DNA of 64,000 bases, taken from NCBI GenBank assembly GCA_965112155.1, contig OZ218109.1; one strand, given 5' to 3'. The notes under the pieces were generated by a model. The model was not told the DNA's origin. It saw only the letters and a list, made by a program, of their open reading frames with translations, and made no database searches. Numbering within the stretch: the first letter of the stretch is position 1; each line of letters opens with the position of its first letter. Of the stretch, positions 47,831 through 58,700 are shown piece by piece. The translations under genes and the position numbers were made by a program. Source of the stretch: Podarcis liolepis (Eukaryota).

Positions 47831-48029
47831 TTTTTTAGGATTATTCTTATTCTTATTACTATAAGCTAAAAAAGTCCAAACCCCCCCCCGCCCCGCTGAG
47901 CGAGCCAACTGACAAACGTACCAGCCAATGAAAGCGCGCCTCCTTCTAAACGATCGATTCCTTTGACCAATGGCGAGCCGCTGCGAAGGCGGCGGCGCTC
48001 CAGGGGAGACGGGTAACGCCGCTGCTGCT

Positions 48030-48043
48030 GTTGCCATAGGAAC
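48030..48043. promoter_or_regulatory. RFX X-box GTTGCCATAGGAAC
   Basis: Near-palindromic match to the X-box consensus GTTGCCATGGCAAC, in the promoter of a motile-cilia gene. Confidence 0.7.
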
Positions 48044-48132
48044 GGGAGAAGCCGCTCGGGGCTCCCAGCCCCGCTCGCCGTAATGGAAAAAAACGACTCT
48101 CGCGCTAAATTCTCAGTAGGCGCGGCTTAGCG

Positions 48133-48146
48133 CGGTGACGTCACCG
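48133..48146. promoter_or_regulatory. Full CRE (TGACGTCA) inside the 14-bp palindrome CGGTGACGTCACCG
   Basis: Exact consensus CRE in the CpG island. Confidence 0.65.
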
Positions 48147-48782
48147 AGCGGCCTTGCAGGAGCCTTTTTCTGATTGGCTAATGGCGGCCCTCCTTCTGCA
48201 AGTACCCAGAAGCGGGCAGAAGGGGAAAGATTACCGTATTCACCCAAAAGGTGGAGTGGGAATAGTAGGCTAGCGCCACGTCGCTTGCGATGTTGTTTGG
48301 AAAACGACCCAATCCAGAGTCGGAGGGTGTAATTCCATTACGTATTATTATTGAGCGTGTAGAGACTGCTGCTTCACTTCCAGTCCTCTCCAAAAGGTCT
48401 TAAGATAATACTTTTTTATTGTAATTAATGACCGCAATAAAAAAATATAGGGCTAACCTAACTTATGTAGCAAATCAGATGCACTGATTTGGAAGAGAGG
48501 GGGAAATGAATTCATAGAACACAGCAGTGACCACACTCATACATGGTACATATATACTGAAATTTTATTTGCTCCAAATCGTTGAAAAAACCAAGTTAAG
48601 GGGCCTGTGATTAGCTCTCAAACATATTGTGGATCTGTAAAGATGATGCTTTGGAATACGTGTAGGAAATCTCGCCTTCTGAATGACCAGCTTCCAAAGA
48701 TTATGCTTTAACTATGGTATGGTTTCCAATTAGCTATTCTGTCTAAGCAAGATGTGAAACTATGCAGAATCTCATAGATGAG

Positions 48783-48856
48783 ATTCCTGCATTGCAGGAG
48801 GTTAGACTAGATGACCCCCAGGATCCCTTCCAACTCTACCAAATTCTAGGATTCTA
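48783..48856 (+). mobile_element. CR1 LINE 3' end fragment
   Basis: GACTAGATGACC...CCCTTCCAACTCT...ATTCTAGGATTCTA terminal motif. Confidence 0.7.
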
Positions 48857-50609
48857 CGGCACCTCATACCATCCACTCCCCAACAGATCCCATTATGTTG
48901 CTTTGTTGCAGTTGGGGGCATTTTCTCCTTTTGTGTCGTACCTTTTAAATGGGACTGCCCTTTTTATTTTATTTTGAAATTGAAGGCACCTGGGGAGCCT
49001 TTTGGGCACAAGAAGGGCTCCAAGTAAATGAATTGAACATATGATGTTTCTATAGAAGTGCAGGACAGCTCCAAAGCAACAGAGCCATAAGATTTCTCTT
49101 CGGGGCCAGTCCACCCATGAGGCAAGGTGACATAACTGCCTCAGGCAGCAGGTACCACAGGGGCAGATCTGCCCACCGCTGAATGTATTGCCTGCTGCTG
49201 CAATGTGCTCCTTGGAGGCCAGTGCCACCTCTACAGCGGCCTCTTGGCAAATAGGTGGTGCTGCTGATCTCCTCTAATCCTTGTTCCTGATGTAGATCTT
49301 CGCTCACCTCTTATTCCTTGGTGCACTATTTTGTGATTCATCTCAAGTGCCAATTGTATTGGGCTGGCTCTGTTTCTCTTGCTCCATTTCAACAGACCTA
49401 CAGAACTGAATTGGCAAGACTGAACAGAACCAAATCTTACCACAGAAAGAGCAAAAACATACAATATGGGTAAAGCTGCAATATCTAATATTTATCCAGA
49501 GTTATATTGCGAATCTCTAGACCACTGCTCAACTCTGATCACGCATCTCTTTCTGACCCTTTACACTGTAGTTTTTATTAATTTCTCTTTTAAAATTTTA
49601 TATTTTCCTGTTTCCCTTTTAACATTCTGTACAGCCCAATTACTGTACTAACCTTGTCTCCTCTTAGTGGGAAAAATCTGTGCATACTGCTATGGCTTCA
49701 CTCTCAAGTGCTGACATACTTTTGTATGCCAACAAAATTATTTGGGTGCCAGTTACAAATAAGGCAAAGGATTGACTGGAATTCAGGGCAAGATAGAAGG
49801 GAAGAACAGCATCACCTTGTCCCATGCAGTTCTTTCAAATCTGAGTATTTGTAGGGCAGATGTAGGAAGGAAGCTGTTTCTTCCCACTTACCTCAATCCA
49901 ATAGACACAGGACAAGAAAATAGAAAATATGTATTTTTCTCCTCTTCATTTTTCTTTCTTTTGCAAATATAGGAGGATGAATGAGGTGTGTAATATAGGA
50001 GTGTACATTTCAGCATACATTGTGAAATAAATACCATTCCAGTAAACGTCTTTTTTCTGTTACCAGTAAAGGTAAATCTGCCTTCTAGTGTCACTAAGAA
50101 ACAAAACTCAAGTTCTCAGTGGCTTCCTCTGAGTTTTATGACAGTAAACAGGTTAGAACTAAAAAGGTTATTGCAGGGGAAGAGCATAACTTGCCCCATC
50201 ACCCACAAAACTGTCAACACTGGGGCAGATTAACCCACCTCAAGCCTACAATGGCTGCCATTCATTCCTATGAGAAATACTCTACTCTAGGGATCCTTGA
50301 ACTGTACTGGTCTTCAATTCATGACAACCCCTGCCCACCACAGTGATAGGATTTTGACCGTCTAATAATATAACACAACTTCAATCCAAAAGATACATAT
50401 TGCAGCATTATACATTGGTACGATTTGTAGCATCGTTTTGTAGACTCACAGCTCTTACTTGCTGGTTGTGCAGTTCTTAAACACATGGCAAGAACTTCAC
50501 TCTAAACTAGACTAGCTAGGTAAAAGTTAGAGCACCAAAGAGCTTTCATGTATTATATCAGTAACATTAACCCTGCATAACAAACAACATGTGATTAAAA
50601 ATTAACCGA

Positions 50610-53600
50610 AAACGTTAAATTCAGTGGCATTTTATTGCTTTTTGTCAACTTTTTGAAACATTACAAAAAATAGTTTTCGCAACATTCATTAAACAAATTA
50701 TAAAGGCTGGATTTTTCACAGTACATGTTGGAGAATTTTTCGTAGGCATTATATAAATTAATAAAATATTGTTTCTACATTTGGAACAGTGTTAACTTGC
50801 TTTGGATTTTATTATAAAAGGAAATGTTATATGCAATTAGAAAACTGTCATAAAAACTGGAATAAAGTGTGGAATCACACTGCAAATCAAAGTAAATGTT
50901 TTTGTTCAGCTCTGAACACTGGAAGACACACTTACAAAACAAAGCATCAATAACAAATGGGAAATGTTACAAAGGAATTCGTCTCCTGACTAATAAATTG
51001 CGTTATAAAAACCTGGCATTAAATAAGTTACTCCAAGACTGCCAAATAGTGACAATATGTACTAAATATGAAAAACTTTATTTTCACACCAATTGCAACC
51101 ATTTTCCTATAATTGACAAATTTACTAAAAGGTTTTAAAATAAAAAAACTGCAAGTAGTAAAATCACAAGACAATATTTTGTATTCAGAATACGAGTATA
51201 TATTGACACACAACTATGTGCCTGTACATTCACTAAAATAAATGGTTCTTCACAACATTTGTACTGTATTAGGTAATGGATGGCACCTATAATCAATCAT
51301 TCTAAAAAACATTAAATTACTGACCAAACTTAAGAAAAGCAAAAGCAAAATACATTCAAAATGTTGTGCTAATGATCTACAAACTCTGAACTGGTAACTT
51401 CAAACACAATGTATAAAACATATGTATAATACATAACCCCTTTAAACAATGCATACCAGTGCATTTTGGTTTTGCATTTCATCTATCCGTGACATTTTTA
51501 CATTTGGAACTTACTTTTACAATGGGCACATTTTACAAGACTACTGTACATAGAGATAAATGTGTTTGGGGGGGGGAGGAGAAACGTTCTGTTGGATGCT
51601 AAATGACTGACATGCTTTGTACACTATCTTGCACATTTTTGTTGATTATCTTGATAATCTGGAATAACCTGCCTTAAACACAGTTTGCAGCATGGAACAT
51701 TGCAAACTAAGGATAGTAAGTTGTTTGTGCATATCTAGAACAGAGTTTTACAAGTTCATACACAAACCAAAAACACCGGGTTGTTTAGATTCTATTGTGA
51801 CACTAAGATTCTTTACAGAAGATGCCAGTACCAAGGTATCTAAAAAAAGTGCTCAGCTATTTAGTCTACTGGTTTAATGGAAATATACTGGCTTTAAATT
51901 AGGCTCCACCCTAAGGTGAATCAGTGCACAGTAAAGTTTACTCATTTACACCTTTTAAGGCAACATTTATTATCTACGTACAGTAAAAGCTCTGTCCTTC
52001 ACTGTCTTACTTTAATACTATCCTTTTTTTAATTATGGAGAAGGAAATAATGTTTATACAGTATAATGAGCAGTAAATCACCTAGATTTTACCACTGGAA
52101 TTCTCAGCATGTCATCAGGACTTAATATGCTATCAAATGTGTAAGGTAGCATTAACAAATAACATCGAAACAATCAATGCAAACTACATTGCAAGTCATG
52201 GTTATGCCTGGCACTGTATAATATTTTTACATAATTAAAATAAAATAAATATTGTGATTCTGAGTAGTTTTCAGATCTTTGCTTAAGTTACCAAAATTAT
52301 TAACCCTTTGGCACTGAAAAGTTGATATGAACTGTTCAGCATTATGGAATTATAGGCTTAGAAAACAAAGGGTTAAAATTCAAGACAATCTGTTTGGATC
52401 TTTGCAAATTACTACCCACAGCTCTGAATACAGAATTTGTCAGTAATGGAAGACGAGTGTGAATAACTCTGAAAGCTACAGGCATGATTGGTTGTTGTTT
52501 TTTACTGTACCAAATAGAACACATTGTTTTCAAACGTGATTGTTGAAGATGTTGAACACACCTTTTGTGAAAGAGATGGGGTAAGTGACAGGTGGTCATG
52601 ATTTTCAAATAAAGAAAAAGTGCATATTTTCTGAAGAAGGCTAAGGCACAAGCTACGTGAACATCCAGGAATGAACATTATAGTTATACTCTTACCAATA
52701 TCAAAGATAAGCAGTACTGAAAAGCTAATTTGATGGTGCCGAGGCATCAGCTCTTCTGTTTAATGATGACCCATATCCCTACATGTTGATTTAATAAGGT
52801 TAACTTTTTCTTCAAACTGTGAATACATTTAGCAGCATTTTTTAAAAAAAAACAATAAAAGGAAATGCCACTGTTCAAGTAAATCTTAAGTGTCAATTCC
52901 ATAGGTTTCTGTTCCCATTACTTGCTCTCAATTGTTTCAGGTCACTGAGCACAGTTGCTTTTGGTGAGCGCCACAATCTGCTTTTATGCTGTAGGGCTTG
53001 TTCACTCCTCTGGCTCTGCCCTGAAAACGGCTTTTGAAACACCCCACTCTTTCAAAAGCAGTTGACAGCACGGTACATAAACTTCCTCTTCAGAAAAGTA
53101 AAATGTTCCACTGGGTGCACCAAGTTACTTTCAAGATCCAACGTGCACTTCTTGCCATATTCCCAGTGAAAAGTTCTGTGGGAGACGCGCACAAATTCTT
53201 TTGACAGCACAAAGAGAGGCGCAAATATTCATTGTTGACGGAAAATAAGCGCAACCTTAAGTTATGCGGCTTCTGTTATAATTGTGAGCAATGTCAACAA
53301 CTAGACTTCTTTGCAAGGTTTGCGGAACTTAGGTTTTAATATGGACAGCATTCTTCAGTAACAAGTGGCGAGGCAGTTTGCTAACAGGAATTGCATGCTG
53401 CCAGGCAATCAAGGAGGGAAAAGAAAACACATTCTTAATGGGGAACTGCTGGGAGGTAGCAGTGATGATGGGTTCCACTGAGAATCTCTGCTAGCATGAG
53501 AGGTCCATATGGACTTGAAGCTCCTAACCAGCCAGTAACTACACGGTTTACGTTTACATCAACTACCACTTACAATAGGGGTCTTTAAAGACCTATTTGA

Positions 53601-55660
53601 TTGCTCCACTGTGGTGATTCCTACCAATGAATGGCTTCACCAGTTGCTGCCATTTCACCTTTAGAAGCAGAATTGGTTACTGTGAGTTTCACCATTGGGC
53701 AAGATGACGGAAGTCCATGCTGGCAAACAGATACTATCCAGCTGCATTTCAAGCCTTAAGTCCTGTGCATTTCATCAGGACAGATATACACAAATGCTTA
53801 ATTCTGCCACAGAAAGAAATGAGCATTAATATTCTGGTGCAGGGATGGGGAGCCTGTGGGCCTCCAGATGATTTGAACTACAACTTCCATCATCCCTGAC
53901 TACTGGCCATATTTGCTGTGGATGATGAGAATTGGAGTCCAACCATGACAGGTGGGGTCAGAGTCCCCCCCATCCCTGTTCCGGTGTGGCTAGCAATTTA
54001 TACAACTGACTTCAGTAAGAGGAGATTATAAAGCAATGTGCTTTTAAAATTGAAGACCTTACATGTTTAATTTGCCTTTTAATTTTAACTTCACATAAAA
54101 GTTGCTCCATTCCTTCAAATGCATAGAGATTAATGTATTACGCAATCCTCACACCTTGATGCTAAACACAGTGGCTCCAGTTTAGGGGCCTTCTTCATAT
54201 GTGTGGGATTTTCAGATAGGTACCATGAAGATCCAGCATACACAGGATCTTTCCTTGATATAGGATATAATTTCATATGCACATCCTCCACATAAGAGAA
54301 GGCCTTATCCATTGCAGAAGCTCTGCATGCACAGCTTTGGACCCAGATTCACTGCCTTAAAAATTAAGCACCATTGACGTCAATGCAACTTACTTCTATG
54401 CATGGCCTAATGTCTTATAAACAAGCTGTAGTTCCAAACATATTGTGAGGATCTTGAAACGCTCAAGCAGAACTCTGTTCATGCAACAGGGCTCTCCTGG
54501 CTCCTTCCCCCTGCTGTAGGCCCTGTGGTTCCCCAAAGCATCTCCTAAGGGCCAGGAGGACCCTCCAGAATGCAAAATGGGGTATGGGGGCAGCAGCTGG
54601 ATGAGGAAATGGAAGAAATTCAGCAGGGTTGCCTTTCACAAGTGGGAGTGTTTTTTTCCACTCAGCATTTAGATACTGAGTTCTATTGATTAAGTCAGCA
54701 TTGGCTCCATGATTGCTAGCCTTTTGCTCTGTCTCCCATCCTCTGTGAGGCACACTCCCTCCACCTGCTCTGGGTCTTTGTGCGGCTGTTTGAAAGCCCT
54801 TTGTTTAAAAGCAAGATTCCTGTGCAAACCCTCTCCTGGATCAGCAAAATGTTTGCATTGGGATCCCCTGCTCTCACCACTCTGAATGTATTTTCAGAGA
54901 TCAATTAATATTATGCACATGCAGGAAAAGGAAACAAATTCACTGGCTAATCAAAGTCTGTGAAGCTTACATTTTAAATCAGGAAGCCTACATGTGTATT
55001 CAAATCCACAGGCCCTGTATAATTTCAATGCCTCATTAATTTCAATGGAGGCAAAGGAATCTGTATACAAAATATGTAGTATGAAGAGGTACTGTGGTGT
55101 CCATGACTTACAGGAACAAGGGAAAGGCAACAACACTGTGTTTAGTGTTATATTAATTTAGGACTAATAAATCATTCTCACAGATATCCATTTAGATCCC
55201 CATAAAACAGTAACATGAAGTGAGAATGGGCTGAAAATAAAGTCATTTATGAGAGGGCACATTGGGATTTTTTTTCCTAGGGAGACTGACATTTATAACA
55301 TTTTGCAAACACCCAAACAGTAATTGCCTGAAAACGTGACATGTGCTGCAATAAATTATAAAAACTACTACATACTAGAAAGTTATAAACAATGCAACCA
55401 ATACTTCATAATTAAAGATGATCTGACATGCAATGCATGTACTGATAACTAAAAAGAATTTTTAATTTTCCTATTTAAAAAAATGAAAAACATTCCACTA
55501 AAAATAAATATTTCCAGAGCGGACATCACTTCTATCTTGTCTGAAAGTCTTGTTGCTGTGCATACAGTATCCATATCGCTCGAATTTCAGTACTTGAAAG
55601 AAGATGTGAAGTCACCCTTTACAGTATATCCTATAAAATAATATATACCCTTGTTCACTT
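50610..55660 (-). other. SLC4A7: Probable long 3'UTR of SLC4A7
   Basis: AT-rich, repeat-poor sequence (especially 50.6-52.8 kb) ending at a polyA signal; 3' end inferred. Confidence 0.55.
50631..50636 (-). terminator. Candidate SLC4A7 polyadenylation signal AATAAA
   Basis: tttatt on the + strand, followed on the minus strand by U/GU-rich sequence (ttaatttttaatcacatgttgtttgtt). Confidence 0.55.
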
Positions 55661-55742
55661 CTATAATGAGGTTTCAGCATCTACATACTTTGTTTCAGGA
55701 GTATTTTCCATGTCTATTTTCACACACTCTTCTTTTTCAGAG
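55661..55742 (-). CDS. SLC4A7: SLC4A7 terminal coding segment: [26 protein letters not shown]
   Basis: cag| acceptor at 55743; TAG at 55663-55661; class I PDZ ligand ETSL. Confidence 0.93.
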
Positions 55743-58700
55743 CTGTTAAGAACAATTCACAAGGTTAGACAAGCCAAAGAATATATAACACACTCAAATT
55801 TTATCAAATAGCACCTGTATTTCATGTATCACATATTATTTTTTATTATGAACATGCACATACACACACTCAAGTTAACACATTTCAAGCACATGAAGCA
55901 CATCAGAGAAGTTTAACATGGATTCAAGATTATTCTCTTAGGGTTTATGGCTTGAATGCTGTTTTTCGCTAAACATTTAAGCCATTTTCAGCTTTTCTTC
56001 CTATAGATGCATGTGTATTCAATATAATTGCAATAAACCACCACTAATTATTCAACTTTTAAGGCTGCAATTCTATATCCACTTAATACTTTGGTGCTTA
56101 TTTTTGGGTAGACATGTAAGACTGCCATGTAAGGTCAGTGACAGACTAGGAAACATGCATTTAGTCTGGATTCAGATGCAGCCTGAACCTGAACCCACCT
56201 AATAATTCTAAGTTCCTAGTATATGTGAATTCACAGGACATTGACAAATCACAGGGCCGTTGTCCCAGCGCAAGAGGCTGCTTCACCATGGAAACATGAA
56301 GCTGAATTCTGAGCAGACAAGCATCTCAGACCTATAGTCAGCCTGGCATATGTCAAGAAGCTCAGACTATGAAGTGGGTTCTTAACTATGGTTAGCACAA
56401 ACCATGGTTTCATGTAACATCTGAAACCAGCTGTAATGTGGGAAAGGTTTTGTTGTTTTGTTTTGTTTTGTTTTGTTTAAATATTTTATTTTTATGCTGT
56501 AAACTGCCCAGAGAACTTTGGATGAAGGTAGTATAAAAATTAAATAAATAATGAGGTCTTGCAACCAGCCTCAACATTCATGATCTCATGTGTGCAGCTA
56601 CAGGACTAAGAATATTTGAAATTCCTAGTAGCAAGCAAGCTTTTGTGAAATTTGTGTCTGTGTATGTGCATCTGTAGCCGAATGGGGGGGGGGGGGAAGG
56701 GTGTCATGCTTTGTGTCTCTTCTACTCTTTATTCCAAATTAAAGTTCCACAATGAGTAGAAACGATGTGAAACAGCTATGCATGCCATTCTTTGGTCCAT
56801 TATGCTACAGATTAAAGATTTTTAAAAGAGCCACACCATATCTAAATCACTATAATACACAGAAAATGTGCTTTGGGTGATATCCAACACTTCCCTTCCA
56901 GTAGGACTTCCTGGATCAACTTTTGATTGGGGGCTGTGAGTGGAGGGAGAATAAATGTCAAAAACTGCCTCTCTCACTCATTTTGCTGATAGATGCCTTC
57001 TACCACTAGAGGGGAAATACTGGATATCATCTTCTATCCATTATCCAAAAAAACAACCCCAATTTAATCAAGAGCCTTATGCTTATCCATTATATATATT
57101 TTTCTTTGACAATGACCCTCATAACATGTAAGCAAACTGGGCTTTTAAAAAGATACCCTCACTTCTAAAGCACATTTGTTTTGCAGAATGGTAGGCTGTT
57201 ATTTAAGGAAATTCTATGGGCATCTCCAACTCATTGACACTAGTTTCACTGTTCTTGGGATCCCAGACTTCCAAGTTTAGAAACTAGTCTTTTTCTTTCC
57301 TAGGTCTCATAAACTTTTCCATTATTTCACAGGTCAGATGTGTGATATAAACTCTTATTTGGGCATTCAGGGATATAAATATAAATACCAATCAAAATTA
57401 CTTCCACAGCTCAACAAAATCAAAGCATAATCAGAAAGGTGAGTAGTTTTAAGCTACCTCAAGTTAGATCTTGTTACTTTGGCATTCTCTGTGTTCATGG
57501 AAAGAGCCTTCCACTGTGCAGTTTTGGCCATTTCATCTGATATGTTTACAACTGAAGGATCAATGCTAGACAACAAACACAACTTGATTAGTACTCAGTG
57601 CCTTGCAAAAGCATTAATTACGTCTCATGCTCTTTACATCATTTGAGCCTTATGTTATGTATTTACCCAGCCACTAGTGACGTGTTGTGTTAAATACTAC
57701 ATTCTGTATCCATACATGTGGTATAAGAATTCCCGGGCTAAAAAAGGTATTCCATTACAGGAAAAACTGGATTGGCTTACTGAGTGATTTTAATCATCAT
57801 ATGGCAATAGAAATATTTGTATGAAAGAATCCAATTCTAACTGAGTCCATTTTGAGAGCAGATCTGAACTACTTCTGTACTAGCAACATTTTTCTTTTGA
57901 ACACATGAGAATAACCAAAATACTTCTTTATAAGAATTTCAGGTACTTATTTTCTCTATCACGTATTTTCTTGCTCACCCAAAATTCTTACAAAGAAGTA
58001 TTTTGGTTATTTTCATGTGTTCCAAAGAAAAATGTATATTGGCCAAATCCATACAAACCATAAGAAAATAAGTAGAAGTATCTTTTTATAAAACAAACTT
58101 GAGAATATGGCTAGGGATGCTTGCTGATATTGAAAAACTTGTTGGAATGCTATTCTTAAATCACTTAATCCCAACTAGCTCTATATGGAAGAAGGTATGT
58201 TCCTGGGTAAAGTGGTTGATGACTGTAGCCTTAGGAGCTTTGGTATTCCAACTGGAGCCAAATATTTTGCCAAGACAAATTATTTTAAAAGTATACATGT
58301 TCCTTTCAAACAGATTACAGAGGAAGGATGGAAAATGTTCTGGAAAGGAGCTGGCTGGAAAAGGCAAAGACGTTTCATTTTTTTCCTGGGCTTCTGGCCC
58401 TTTAATTTGAATGGTATATATTAGCTTCTTTGTCCTGCCTTCTTTGTGTTTTTAGTGTTATTCAAATTGTTGTGTTTTTAGGTTTTTATTGTTGTTTCTA
58501 CTAGGTTTTAATATGAGTCAGTTTGAGTTACCTTGTAAGAAAAGGGAGTAGCAAACAACATTAATGAACAACATCTCTTTGTTTTAACTTGAAAAAAAGG
58601 ATACTCAGTTGGGATTGATTTTAGTAGTAGATAAATTAAAGGGTTAAGGGCTATGTCCTTTAAGTCCGTTTACAGTGGATCCTCGTGTTACATACAGTCC

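Larger units (their letters stand above)
47620..48330. promoter_or_regulatory. CpG-island promoter of NEK10
   Basis: Non-repeat CpG/GC-rich block upstream of the first coding exon; GC box 47886-47894; CCAAT at 47925 and 47967; ATTGG at 48173; X-box and CRE. Confidence 0.85.

Noticed and set aside
48098-48107. TCTCGCGCTA as a BANP (TCTCGCGAGA) site
   Set aside because: Two mismatches in a CpG-rich context; not significant
52756-55648. Possible intron within the SLC4A7 3'UTR (AGG|gtatat ... aaacag|)
   Set aside because: Weak donor and poor polypyrimidine tract; not supportable without transcript data
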